From positions 1-57,971 of the forward strand of contig DULF01000023.1 in assembly GCA_012840535.1 (NCBI GenBank): 57,971 bases of DNA, given 5' to 3'. Position numbers and translations under genes: made by a program. Position 1 is the stretch's first letter; each line of letters starts with the position of its first letter. The stretch is from Clostridiaceae bacterium (GTDB taxonomy: Bacteria > Bacillota > Clostridia > Acetivibrionales > DUMB01). Below, piece after piece: positions 10,448 to 19,526 of the stretch. The notes under the pieces are model-generated. The model was not told the origin of the DNA. It saw only the letters and a program-made list of their open reading frames with translations, and searched no databases.

Positions 10448-10792
10448 TTAAGATTCCATCTTTTTTAGCCTGGAAAGGTTTAAATGCCTGGACAACTCAG
10501 ATAAATCGCCATAGTGTTTTTCAATGTCATGATTTTCAATAAGCCCTAGTTTTATCTTGTTTTCTATCTTAATTTCAATTGCGTTATAACTGATACCAAG
10601 ACGCTTCCCCAGCAAATAGCTGATTAATATAATATTAGACAAAATCTCAGAAACCGATTCATGAACTTCTTCCTTTATCCCGTTTACAAGGACTTTGAAT
10701 AAATTGGCGACGTCTGTTATCAACTCGCTTTTCAGCCATTCAATGATTTTTATATTCCTCGTAATATCAATTTCTCTATCGAAAAAAGGCAT
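10448..10792 (-). CDS. Small all-helical hypothetical protein (MazG-like family, tentative)
   Basis: 114-aa ORF abutting the gdpP start. Family assignment is from memory of similar clostridial annotations only. Confidence 0.45.
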   Translation of the reverse strand: MPFFDREIDITRNIKIIEWLKSELITDVANLFKVLVNGIKEEVHESVSEILSNIILISYLLGKRLGISYNAIEIKIENKIKLGLIENHDIEKHYGDLSELSRHLNLSRLKKMES

Positions 10793-10886
10793 ATGACCAC
10801 TCCATTGTGTTTACGGCTTTTCAATAATTTGATTATACCACTAAAAAGCACATCTTTGTACGATTTCCCATAAAAACCAACCTTTG

Positions 10887-11729
10887 TCATTCAACTTTCC
10901 ACTTTGGGTAAGAACCCAGGAACTTATAAAAAGAGGTTTTCCTCCTTACCATGGCAAGGGCGTCCCGAACGTCTTCATCATCCCTGTGGCCTTCTATATC
11001 AACAAAAAATATATACCTGCCCAGCTGGTTTTTTTCCGGCCTGGACTCTATCCTTGTCATATTAATATCCCATAAATTGAATATGTCAAGTATCCTGTAC
11101 AAGCTGCCCGGTCTGTCTTCAGTTGAAAAGACAATAGAGGTCTTGTCCGAACCGGTCCTCGGAGAATCCTTCTTTGAAATGACCACAAACCTGGTGAGGT
11201 TGTTGTCTTTATCCTGGATTGAAGAAGCCAGGACGTCCAGTTTATATTCTTCAGCAGCCGCTATTGAACCAATCGCCCCATGATCATTATTTATGCGGGC
11301 GGCAACCTCCTGTGCTGCTTCTGCCGTGCTGTAAACAAACCTTATTTCAGCACGGGAAAGGCTTGAATTAATAAATTTTCTGCATTGGCCGACAGCTTGA
11401 GGGTGGGATAAAATGCATTTAATATCCTCCAACCTCGTCCCTTTTCTTACAAGCAAATTCTGCCTTATTTGTATAGTTAATTCCGCTTTTATCATCAAAT
11501 CGACTTCAAAAGCCATCATATCAAGCGTTACTCCGACACCGCCCTCAATGGAGTTTTCAATTGGAACGACCGCCTCGTCCAAATCTCCGCTCATGACAGC
11601 ATAAAGCATTTCCGGTATTGTATTATAAGCAACAATTTTATACGTATTACGTTCTTTATTACAGCCTATGTATTTGTTCAAGGCCTCCTGTGAAAACGTA
11701 CCCCTCGGACCTAAAAAACCGATCCTCAC
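10887..11729 (-). CDS. pheA: Prephenate dehydratase with C-terminal ACT domain
   Basis: RIGFLGPRGTFSQEAL...VVPIENSIEGGV...ILSHPQAVGQC...DKTSIVFSTEDRPGSLYRILDIF..NMTRIESRP. GTG at 11729 follows a GAGGTGG SD. The track ORF extends upstream through the repeat element and is probably too long. Confidence 0.9.
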   Translation of the reverse strand: MRIGFLGPRGTFSQEALNKYIGCNKERNTYKIVAYNTIPEMLYAVMSGDLDEAVVPIENSIEGGVGVTLDMMAFEVDLMIKAELTIQIRQNLLVRKGTRLEDIKCILSHPQAVGQCRKFINSSLSRAEIRFVYSTAEAAQEVAARINNDHGAIGSIAAAEEYKLDVLASSIQDKDNNLTRFVVISKKDSPRTGSDKTSIVFSTEDRPGSLYRILDIFNLWDINMTRIESRPEKNQLGRYIFFVDIEGHRDDEDVRDALAMVRRKTSFYKFLGSYPKWKVE

Positions 11730-11764
11730 TAAAGCCACCTCAATCCTGCAATATTTAAAAAGGT

Positions 11765-11855
11765 GAGACACGGGGACGGTTCTGTAGACACGGGGACGGT
11801 TCTTGCGGCTCACTCGAAGAATGAGCCACAAGAACCGTCCCCGTGTCCGTGTCTC
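11765..11855 (-). repeat. Compound hairpin element with three copies of GACACGGGGACGGTTCT (two in one orientation, one inverted) around a nested hairpin
   Basis: Copies at 11765-11783 and 11786-11804, and inverted at 11830-11847. Nested stem GGCTCA/TGAGCC lies between them. On the transcribed (minus) strand the last copy is followed by ACCTTTTT. Confidence 0.75.
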
Positions 11856-11866
11856 TATAATATAGT

Positions 11867-12154
11867 TTAATCTGCAGTATATGGCAAAAGTGCAATATGT
11901 CTTGCACGTTTAATAGCTACTGTCATCTGCCTCTGGTGCTTAGCACAATTACCAGATATTCTTCTGGGCAGAATCTTGCCTCTCTCGGATATGAACTTTC
12001 TAAGCCTTGCAACATCTTTATAATCTATTTCAGCAATTTTATCAACACAAAATGAGCAAACCTTTTTCCTGGTTCTTCTCATCTTTATGCCGCCTTTTAC
12101 TTCGCCTTTGTCATATGCGTCCTTGTTAGCCTTATCTTTCTTTTGCCCTGACAT
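11867..12154 (-). CDS. rpsR: 30S ribosomal protein S18
   Basis: [69 protein letters not shown] lies 8 nt before the ATG at 12154. Confidence 0.95.
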   Translation of the reverse strand: MSGQKKDKANKDAYDKGEVKGGIKMRRTRKKVCSFCVDKIAEIDYKDVARLRKFISERGKILPRRISGNCAKHQRQMTVAIKRARHIALLPYTAD

Positions 12155-12239
12155 GCAAAAACCTCCTTCCCTGCAAAATTCCGTTTACTTTCTTTCCCTC
12201 ATATACATACGTCTGAATCTTTTGCTGCAACGGCAATTA

Positions 12240-12656
12240 TCAGAACGGCAATTCGTCATCCTCATCTATAGGATAGAATCCCTCAGCCTGGTCTGCATCT
12301 GTATCCTGAGGCTCCCTGAACTGGGCGTCGTCGCTTCTCTTGCTGTCAGCAAAATATGCTTCTTCAGCTATGACCTCAGTAACATAATGCCTTTTACCTT
12401 CATTATCGTCCCACGTCCTGGTCTGGATTCTCCCTATTATAGCCACCTGACGTCCTTTTAAAAAGTATTTTGCGCAGAATTCCGCCAGCTTGCTCCACGC
12501 AACTATCGGAATAAAATCTGTTTGTCGTTCCTCTCCCTGTCTTGCAAATCTCCTGTCTACAGCGAGGGTAAAGCTGCATACAGGTATGTTGTTGACATTT
12601 GTATACCTTAACTCAGGGTCTCTTGTAAGTCTTCCCATTAGAACGACTTTATTCAT
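12240..12656 (-). CDS. ssb: Single-stranded DNA-binding protein
   Basis: MNKVVLMGRLTRDPELRYT OB-fold start and acidic tail DEDDELPF. Confidence 0.95.
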   Translation of the reverse strand: MNKVVLMGRLTRDPELRYTNVNNIPVCSFTLAVDRRFARQGEERQTDFIPIVAWSKLAEFCAKYFLKGRQVAIIGRIQTRTWDDNEGKRHYVTEVIAEEAYFADSKRSDDAQFREPQDTDADQAEGFYPIDEDDELPF

Positions 12657-12665
12657 AAAATCACC

Positions 12666-12953
12666 CTACTTTTTCTTCTTTATAATAATGTGCTTCATTA
12701 TTCCGTCTGTGATCTTGAAGTTTCTGTCAAGCTCATAGGGAAAATCAGGACCGGCGCTGAAGTTAACCAGAACATAGTAACCTTCGTTCTTGAAGTTAAT
12801 AGGATAGGCAAGCCGCCTTTTACCCCATTCATCAATACTCTCCAACTGAGCTGATGTTTCAATCAAATTTTTAAATTTTTCTACAAGAGCTTTAATATCT
12901 CCCTCTTCAAGGTCAGGATTGATAATAAAAAGCGTTTCATACTTTCTCATCAT
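12666..12953 (-). CDS. rpsF: 30S ribosomal protein S6
   Basis: MRKYETLFIINPDLEE...WGKRRLAYPI, first gene of the rpsF-ssb-rpsR unit. Confidence 0.95.
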   Translation of the reverse strand: MMRKYETLFIINPDLEEGDIKALVEKFKNLIETSAQLESIDEWGKRRLAYPINFKNEGYYVLVNFSAGPDFPYELDRNFKITDGIMKHIIIKKKK

Positions 12954-12982
12954 CTGCTTTCACCTCCTCCCGGACTAAACGG

Positions 12983-13003
12983 CCCTGTAACGCGAGTACA
13001 GGG
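12983..13003 (-). promoter_or_regulatory. Hairpin in the rpsF 5' UTR (candidate S6:S18-binding leader)
   Basis: CCCTGTA-ACGCGAG-TACAGGG stem-loop about 25 nt upstream of the GGAGGAGG SD. An rpsF leader motif is known in Firmicutes, but I cannot verify the consensus from memory. Confidence 0.3.
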
Positions 13004-13552
13004 CAAGGATTGTAAACAAAGTTTATTTTATCATACGGTTTTAAATAATACAAGGGGTTTTTGCACACTGGGCGGCGTCAATTTGCTCCCGGTTTTTAAA
13101 AAGCAGTTCCACCCTTTGTTTTTGTTAACTCATATAATATAGCAACTATCCCTTATACTTTTTTTACATGCTTTGTTTCTACATGTCCACCGCTGCAACA
13201 ATATGCCCTAAGTTCCGCCATAGCTTTAAGGCCATATCTGCTCCGGCCTGATGGCCTGCTTTCAAGCTTACTCGACAATACATGGCTTACATGTCCCTCT
13301 GTACTTTTGAACAGAACCAGCAAATTCTGATTGTTACATTTTGCCTTTATTATTTTTAATTATATTATTTTAATTAATTGTTTGTAACAAATTAAGAAAA
13401 CTTTCCGGTTGTAGAAAAATCTTACGCCGATGAGTTATAATAACAGTAAAGAATACCTGGCAAAACAGGTAAAACTGCCATGTTTCTTTGCAAATTAAAC
13501 CGGAATATATTATATAAAATAACATTATATATCGCAGAGGAGGCGTCGCAAA

Positions 13553-14605
13553 ATGTTATATCCGCTTAAGTTTAAGCCCGTATATAAAGATTATATATGG
13601 GGGGGCAGGAATTTTGAAAAATACGGCAGAATTCTCCCGGACGGAATAGTTGCTGAAAGTTGGGAGATATCCTGTCATCCCAACGGTATAAGCATAGTGT
13701 CAAACGGGGCTTTTGAAGGAATATCGCTTCCCGAGCTTGTGAAAAAACTTGGCCGCAAGTTGATTGGCAATGCCCTTGCGGAAAAAGATTCAGATAGATT
13801 CCCTTTGCTTGTAAAGTTCATTGACGCAAATGAAGACCTGTCAGTACAGGTTCATCCTGACGATAGTTACGCATTTATCCACGAAAACGGTGAATACGGG
13901 AAAAATGAAATGTGGTATATAATATCTGCCGAACCAGGAGCCAGGCTTGTATTTGACCTGATGCCGGGCACATCCAAAAATGATTTTGCCGAGGCGGTTA
14001 AAAACGGGACTTTGGAAAAGTATTTAAGATATATTGAGGTGTATCCCGGCGATGTGCTGAATATTCCTGCCGGACTGGTCCATGCTATTGGAAAAGGCAT
14101 TATTCTCGCCGAAATTCAACAAAATTCCGATGCCACATATAGGATATATGACTTTAACCGCATCGGAAAGGACGGTAAAAAAAGGCCTTTGCATATTGAC
14201 AAAGCCATTGATGTAATTAACTTCAACTCAGAAGTTCCCAAAGAAAAAACGAGAGGAATCAAAATTAAACTTGATTCCACCTCCAGCAAGACTTATCTTG
14301 TGGCAAACAAATATTTTTCGGTAGAGCTTCTTGAAGTAACCGGAAAAATCCCGGGCCTGGCAGACGGAAGCAAATTCCACATTTACTCATTCATTGACGG
14401 TGAAGGTGAGATAATTTACAAAAACGGAAGCATTAACTTTAAAACCCTTGAGTCAGTGCTTGTTCCTGCAGACATGGGTGAATACGAAATTGCCGGCAGG
14501 TTCAAGGCTCTCAAATCTTATGTTCCCGATCTTGAAAACGATGTAATCGCGCCCCTTGAAAAAGAAGGCTACTCGAAGCAGGAAATACTTAATGCACTGT
14601 ACTGA
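13553..14605 (+). CDS. manA: Mannose-6-phosphate isomerase, class I
   Basis: MLYPLKFKPVYKDYIWGG...SWEISCHPNG...LLVKFIDANEDLSVQVHPDD...EMWYI...GLVHAIG, cupin-type PMI motifs. GAGGAGG SD. Confidence 0.85.
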   Translation: MLYPLKFKPVYKDYIWGGRNFEKYGRILPDGIVAESWEISCHPNGISIVSNGAFEGISLPELVKKLGRKLIGNALAEKDSDRFPLLVKFIDANEDLSVQVHPDDSYAFIHENGEYGKNEMWYIISAEPGARLVFDLMPGTSKNDFAEAVKNGTLEKYLRYIEVYPGDVLNIPAGLVHAIGKGIILAEIQQNSDATYRIYDFNRIGKDGKKRPLHIDKAIDVINFNSEVPKEKTRGIKIKLDSTSSKTYLVANKYFSVELLEVTGKIPGLADGSKFHIYSFIDGEGEIIYKNGSINFKTLESVLVPADMGEYEIAGRFKALKSYVPDLENDVIAPLEKEGYSKQEILNALY

Positions 14606-14808
14606 CCGATTATCCTGCCTTCCCCGGTTGGAAAATGCTGTAAACAGCATGCAGGTTTAAAAATTCGTTTTATTATTCATAATATATGTACACATTACAG
14701 TTCAGCAGATATAAGGAGACGTGGTTTTCATACAAAGATGGATATCTTTTTGTTTAGAAGGACGTCTCCTTGCTTTATTTCTTCAAAGGAGTGCATATAT
14801 TTTTTATT

Positions 14809-17055
14809 ATGAATACAACCGCGGACATAAATGATGTATATATGGTAATCAACGGGGAACACAGGGATCCATTTTCCGTGCTTGGCATGCATGTCATCAG
14901 TAAATCCGGTGCCAAGAATCTATGCATTGCAGTCAGGGCTTATCTTCCTAACGCTGAACGAATTAATGTAATAAATTTGCAGGATAACAGCAGTTATACA
15001 ATGGAGAAAATTCACGAAAGCGGGTTTTTTGAAACAGTTATAAGCGGCGTTAATGACCTGTTTCCGTACAAGCTTGAGATAACCGACAACTGCCGGAATG
15101 TTTTTACAATATATGACCCCTACAGTTTCTGGCCTGTATTGTCCGAATACGACCTTTACCTTTTTAATGAGGGAAACCATCATAGGATATTTGAAAAGCT
15201 TGGAGCTCACGTTCTTAACATTAACGGAATCGAAGGTACTTTGTTTGCGGTATGGGCTCCCTGTGCAAAACGGGTGAGCGTGGTAGGCGAATTCAACCAA
15301 TGGGACGGCAGAAGACACCAGATGAGGATGCGGGGAAGCTCAGGAGTCTGGGAGATATTCATACCCGGAGTTAAACACGGGGATATGTACAAGTATGAGA
15401 TAAAAACTCCCTGCAACGAATTATATATTAAATCCGATCCTTACGCCCTTTACTCGGAACTGAGGCCTGGAACCGCCTCTATTGTATACAATTTGGACGG
15501 CTACAAGTGGAATGACAGGGCATGGATTGAAAAGAGGGACAGTTCCAGTATATTTGAAAAGCCCATATCAATTTATGAAGTTCATTTGGGTTCGTGGAAA
15601 CGTGTACCTGAGGAAGGAAACAGGTTTCTCACTTACAGGGAACTTGCAGAGGAACTGGTCAGCTATGTTAAGTATATGGGGTATACCCATATTGAACTTT
15701 TGCCGGTTGCAGAACATCCCTTTGACGGTTCGTGGGGTTACCAGGTTACCGGATACTATTCAGTAACAAGCCGCTATGGCACTCCTGAGGATTTTATGTA
15801 CTTTGTTGACAGGTGCCACCAGGAAGGCATAGGTGTGATAATCGACTGGGTACCTGCACATTTCCCAAAGGATGGGCACGGACTTGCAAGGTTTGATGGA
15901 ACTGCCATTTATGAACATTATAACAGCAGGCAGGGCGAGCATCCGGACTGGGGAACCCATATTTTTAACTACGGAAGAAATGAAGTTATGAATTTTCTTA
16001 TATCAAATGCCGTCTTCTGGTTTGAAAAGTATCATATTGACGGCCTGCGCGTTGATGCGGTGGCATCAATGATTTATCTGGACTACGGAAAGAAAGAGGG
16101 CGAATGGATACCAAACAAATGGGGCGGAAAAGAAAATTTGGAGGCCATAGAATTCTTGCGCCGTTTGAACGCAACAGTTTTCAGGTACTTTCCTGGAGTT
16201 ATGATGATTGCCGAAGAGTCAACTTCCTGGCCGCTTGTATCCAAACCGCCCCACGTGGGAGGATTGGGTTTTTCATTTAAATGGAATATGGGCTGGATGA
16301 ATGATTATATCAGGTATATAAGCATGGACCCCATATACAGAAAGTATCATCATAATAATCTGACGTTCTCAATAATGTACGCTTTCTCTGAAAACTTCAT
16401 TCTTGTACTGTCCCATGATGAAGTTGTCCACGGCAAGTGCTCAATGATAAACAAAATGCCTGGAGACTATTGGCAAAAATTCGCAGGTCTTAGGGTAAGT
16501 TACGGTTATATGTACGGCCATCCCGGGAAAAAACTACTCTTCATGGGTGGAGAATTTGGTCAGTTTATGGAATGGTATTATAAACAAAGCCTTGACTGGC
16601 ACCTTCTTGATTTTGAAATGCACAGGAAGCTGCAAAATTATGTAAGGGACTTAAATACCCTTTATAAAAACGAAAAAGCGCTTCATGAAATTGATTTCAG
16701 CTATGAAGGTTTTGAGTGGATTGACTGCAGCGATGCCGACCACAGTATTGTATCCTTCATACGTAAGGGCAGAAACCACCACGATGTGTTGTTATTTGTG
16801 TGCAACTTTACGCCTGTTGCCCATGAGAATTACCGTATCGGTGTTCCGTATAATGTCTTCTATAAAGAAATACTTAACAGCGATTCTGAAATTTACGGCG
16901 GCAGCAATATAGGAAATTTTGGAGTGATACACGCCGAAGAGTATCCATTCCACAACAGGCCTTATTCAGTAAACCTAAGAATTCCGCCTCTTAGCGTGAT
17001 GATTTTTAAGCCTGAAATGAAAAACAGCAGACAATCTTGTGATTATCTGCCGTGA
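14809..17055 (+). CDS. glgB: 1,4-alpha-glucan branching enzyme
   Basis: [13 protein letters not shown] start, then GH13 motifs [39 protein letters not shown]. The ATG at 14809 is preferred; the track ORF starts at an upstream in-frame TTG. Confidence 0.93.
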   Translation: MNTTADINDVYMVINGEHRDPFSVLGMHVISKSGAKNLCIAVRAYLPNAERINVINLQDNSSYTMEKIHESGFFETVISGVNDLFPYKLEITDNCRNVFTIYDPYSFWPVLSEYDLYLFNEGNHHRIFEKLGAHVLNINGIEGTLFAVWAPCAKRVSVVGEFNQWDGRRHQMRMRGSSGVWEIFIPGVKHGDMYKYEIKTPCNELYIKSDPYALYSELRPGTASIVYNLDGYKWNDRAWIEKRDSSSIFEKPISIYEVHLGSWKRVPEEGNRFLTYRELAEELVSYVKYMGYTHIELLPVAEHPFDGSWGYQVTGYYSVTSRYGTPEDFMYFVDRCHQEGIGVIIDWVPAHFPKDGHGLARFDGTAIYEHYNSRQGEHPDWGTHIFNYGRNEVMNFLISNAVFWFEKYHIDGLRVDAVASMIYLDYGKKEGEWIPNKWGGKENLEAIEFLRRLNATVFRYFPGVMMIAEESTSWPLVSKPPHVGGLGFSFKWNMGWMNDYIRYISMDPIYRKYHHNNLTFSIMYAFSENFILVLSHDEVVHGKCSMINKMPGDYWQKFAGLRVSYGYMYGHPGKKLLFMGGEFGQFMEWYYKQSLDWHLLDFEMHRKLQNYVRDLNTLYKNEKALHEIDFSYEGFEWIDCSDADHSIVSFIRKGRNHHDVLLFVCNFTPVAHENYRIGVPYNVFYKEILNSDSEIYGGSNIGNFGVIHAEEYPFHNRPYSVNLRIPPLSVMIFKPEMKNSRQSCDYLP

Positions 17056-17062
17056 AAAATTT
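17020..17062. terminator. Bidirectional hairpin terminator lying inside the last codons of glgB and 3' of the convergent tRNA pair
   Basis: CAGACAATC-TTGT-GATTATCTG (17028-17049), 8 of 9 bp. An A-run lies upstream and AAAAATTTT downstream, so a U-run follows the stem on both strands. Confidence 0.5.
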
Positions 17063-17137
17063 TGGTGACCCATAGGGGACTCGAACCCCTGTTACCGCCG
17101 TGAAAGGGCGGTGTCTTAACCGCTTGACCAATGGGCC
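17063..17137 (-). tRNA. tRNA-Glu (anticodon UUC)
   Basis: Minus strand GGCCCATTGGTCAAGCGGTTAAGACACCGCCCTTTCACGGCGGTAACAGGGGTTCGAGTCCCCTATGGGTCACCA folds as a cloverleaf with encoded CCA. Confidence 0.93.
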
Positions 17138-17144
17138 GGATTTG

Positions 17145-17220
17145 TGGTAGCGGCGGTCGGATTCGAACCAACGACACTGCGGGTATGAACCGCATGCTCT
17201 AGCCACCTGAGCTACGCCGC
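17145..17220 (-). tRNA. tRNA-Met, elongator type (anticodon CAU)
   Basis: GCGGCGTAGCTCAGGTGGCTAGAGCATGCGGTTCATACCCGCAGTGTCGTTGGTTCGAATCCGACCGCCGCTACCA. It has a paired 1-72 position and lacks the GGG/CCC anticodon stem of initiators. Promoter TTGACT-18-TACAAT lies at 17249-17278. Confidence 0.85.
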
Positions 17221-17325
17221 CATATAAACACCACCAACATGCCATACCATTGTAGCAGATAGTCAGATATAAAGTCAAGAGCAATTCTTGAAAATTTTAT
17301 GGTAATTTTAAGTGTCATAATGCCG

Positions 17326-18912
17326 TTACATTTCAAAAGTTAAACGACAGTTCCACCTACCGCTTTTGCCTTTTCCTATAACAGACGCACATCCAAAAGT
17401 TGCTTTGCACTGTTTTAATAACTTAAGCATCTCTTCTGCCGGTTCCTGATTTGAAGATTCCTCCTCCACAGGGCTATCGACTATAATGTCATCTTTTTCA
17501 TAACCATATTTCTTTGCTTCATTATATACACTCTCAATAATTGCAGATCTTCGGCATGTTTCTTCAGGAACACCTTTGTTATCAAGGGGACGCAATATAA
17601 ACATGGCTCCATATTTTGTAACGACAGGAAGAAGTTTTTCAATTTTTTCCTTCTCAGCAGAAATTGAATTAACCAAAGCCCTTCCGGGATATATTCTCAG
17701 AGCCGCTTCAAGCGCCTCAGGAGATACCGTGTCAATACAAAGAGGGGTATTAAACCTGGATCCGACAAACTCCACCACGGTTTTCATTAATTTTGCTTCA
17801 TCTGTTCCGGGCAATTTGACATTTATGTTAAGGATATCCGCTCCTTTTTGAACCTGTTCCGCAGCCAACCGCTGAACTTCATAAGTTTCTCCTTCTCTTA
17901 ATTCATCCTGCAGGTTTTTCTCTGTTTCTGGATTTATTCTTTCTCCAATTACAAGGAATTTGTTTTCGGAGTTAATAAGTACGGTTTTTCTTGATGAAGT
18001 TAATGCGCTTATGGCCTTAACTTTCGGCGATACGGGCGCAAGTCCCTCTATGTTTTTCCGTATCTGCTCAATATACTCAGGAGAAGTACCGCAGCATCCT
18101 CCGATCATGTTTGCCCCTGCAGAAACCAGGGGAGCAACAAACATTCCGAATTCCTCAGTTCCCATATCAAATACGGTCCTGCCGTTTACAAGCTTTGGCA
18201 ACCCCGCATTTGGTTTTGCCATAAGTGGCACTTTCGCATAAGGCTTCATTTGCGATATTATCTTTAACATATCTTTGGGGCCTGTGGAACAATTACAGCC
18301 TACGGCATCAGCGCCAAGGCTTTGAAGCGTTATCAACGCAGTCACAGGATCGGTTCCGGTCAACGTTTTTCCATTTTCATCAAAGGTCATGCTTACACAA
18401 ACGGGCAAATCACAGCTTTCCCTGACTGCAATTAATGCCGCTCTTGCCTCCTGTATGTCCATCATGGTCTCAATAACAAAAAAATCTACACCGCCTTCAA
18501 GCAGCCCCGCTACCTGCTCTTTGTATATATCAACTACCTCCTCAAAAGACAGGTCTCCAAAGGGCTCTATAAAATCACCTGTAGGAGCCAGATCACCTGC
18601 AACAAGGGCGCTTTCACCGACAGCTTCCCTCGAAAGCCGGGCAAGTTTTTTATTAAGCTCAATAACCTTATCGCCTAAGCCAAATCCTTCAAGCTTAACC
18701 CTGTTTCCTCCAAATGTGCATGTATAAACAACATTTGAGCCTGATTCGACATATTTCTTCTGCAAATCGATTATGGCCCAGGGATTATCAATGACCCACT
18801 GCTCAGGGCATATACCTCCCGGCATTCCTCTCTTTTGCAGTTCCGTCCCTGTGGCACCGTCAAGTATGAAAAAGCCTTTTTGAATATATTCCTTAAATGA
18901 TTCCCTATTCAT
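17326..18912 (-). CDS. MetH-like protein with homocysteine S-methyltransferase and pterin-binding modules only; aberrant C-terminus, no cobalamin module
   Basis: MNRESFKEYIQKGFFILDGATGTELQKRGM...IGGCCGTSPEYI (Hcy domain), then FLVIGERINP...LCIDTVSPEALEAAL...ALVNSIS (pterin barrel). The ORF ends ...CKATFGCASVIGKGKSGRWNCRLTFEM just before the tRNA promoter. Confidence 0.8.
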   Translation of the reverse strand: MNRESFKEYIQKGFFILDGATGTELQKRGMPGGICPEQWVIDNPWAIIDLQKKYVESGSNVVYTCTFGGNRVKLEGFGLGDKVIELNKKLARLSREAVGESALVAGDLAPTGDFIEPFGDLSFEEVVDIYKEQVAGLLEGGVDFFVIETMMDIQEARAALIAVRESCDLPVCVSMTFDENGKTLTGTDPVTALITLQSLGADAVGCNCSTGPKDMLKIISQMKPYAKVPLMAKPNAGLPKLVNGRTVFDMGTEEFGMFVAPLVSAGANMIGGCCGTSPEYIEQIRKNIEGLAPVSPKVKAISALTSSRKTVLINSENKFLVIGERINPETEKNLQDELREGETYEVQRLAAEQVQKGADILNINVKLPGTDEAKLMKTVVEFVGSRFNTPLCIDTVSPEALEAALRIYPGRALVNSISAEKEKIEKLLPVVTKYGAMFILRPLDNKGVPEETCRRSAIIESVYNEAKKYGYEKDDIIVDSPVEEESSNQEPAEEMLKLLKQCKATFGCASVIGKGKSGRWNCRLTFEM

Positions 18913-19137
18913 CCTGCCCGACTCCCTCCATATATTTTTAAAACACTTCTTATTCAAATAGCATTAAGTATTCATATTCACTTATAGTTATTTATTTGCG
19001 GTTTAATTACCTTTAATTGCATTCTAATTTAAATTAACCGGAGAGTCAATAGGGAAAATAACGTGCGAAAACACTTTTTTATCCTGAAAAACTTAACATA
19101 AAATGTAACCCCTCCTGTTTTTTTTTCATAAAATATA

Positions 19138-19166
19138 TTGTAATGATGGGGCTAAAGTTGTATAAT
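19138..19166 (+). promoter_or_regulatory. Sigma-A promoter with extended -10 for the M-box/corA transcript
   Basis: TTGTAA, 17 nt, TATAAT preceded by TG (TTGTATAAT). Confidence 0.55.
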
Positions 19167-19185
19167 CAAGTTGACAAATAAATAT

Positions 19186-19356
19186 TTGAATCTTCGTTAG
19201 GTGAGGTTACTGTACAGATACACGCTGCTGCCCTGCAACATCGAAAGATGCCAAAGGGTCAACAGGTATTACCGAAATAAGGTTCTACTTAATGTAGCTG
19301 GAACTAGGTATTCCAAAGCTGTACAGTGCCAAAGCTCAACGAGTGAAGGTGAAGAG
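19186..19356 (+). promoter_or_regulatory. M-box (ykoK leader) Mg2+ riboswitch
   Basis: CTTCGTTAGGTGAGGTTACTGTACAGATACACGCTGCTGCCC...GGGTCAACAGG...ATAAGG...TAATGTAGCTGGA...ACAGTGCCAAAGCTCAACGAGTGAAGG closely parallels the B. subtilis mgtE leader as I remember it. A Mg2+ channel gene lies downstream. Confidence 0.9.
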
Positions 19357-19368
19357 TTATATTGCTTT

Positions 19369-19404
19369 AATTCCCTTTGCTTGTTGAAGGGAATTTTTAT
19401 TTTC
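19369..19404 (+). terminator. Intrinsic terminator (expression platform of the M-box)
   Basis: AATTCCCTT-TGCTTGTTG-AAGGGAATT followed by TTTATTTT. Confidence 0.8.
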
Positions 19405-19433
19405 AAAAAACATTAATGCATGGAGGTGGTTTC

Positions 19434-19526
19434 ATGGATAGTGATCCTAATTGTAGTCAAAACATGATACCAATAAACAATGGGTTTACTTATCTGGCCA
19501 TCTCTATGTGTTTTGTGCCGGATTGA
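19434..19526 (+). CDS. Candidate 30-aa leader ORF between the M-box terminator and corA
   Basis: GGAGGTGG SD 4 nt before the ATG (7 nt from the GGAGG core). Translation MDSDPNCSQNMIPINNGFTYLAISMCFVPD-stop. Too short for the ORF track, and there is no homology support. Confidence 0.3.
   Translation: MDSDPNCSQNMIPINNGFTYLAISMCFVPD

Noticed and set aside
13230-13270. CTGCTCCGGCCTGATGGCCTGC looked superficially like the SRP RNA domain IV (GGTCCGGAAGGAAGCAGC).
   Set aside because: The GGAA/GNAR loop and the AAGGAAG segment are absent, and no flanking helices of a 4.5S/scRNA could be drawn.
17006-17284. 92-aa minus-strand ORF spanning 17006-17284.
   Set aside because: It is a read-through translation of the two tRNA genes and their promoter. 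The tRNA cloverleaves explain the sequence.
19040-19060. Six-codon ORF (MLSFSG) with a strong AGGAGGGG SD upstream of the metH-like gene.
   Set aside because: It lies upstream of the only plausible promoter (TTGACT-17-TAGAAT) for that gene, so it is probably not in the transcript. It is too short to evaluate.
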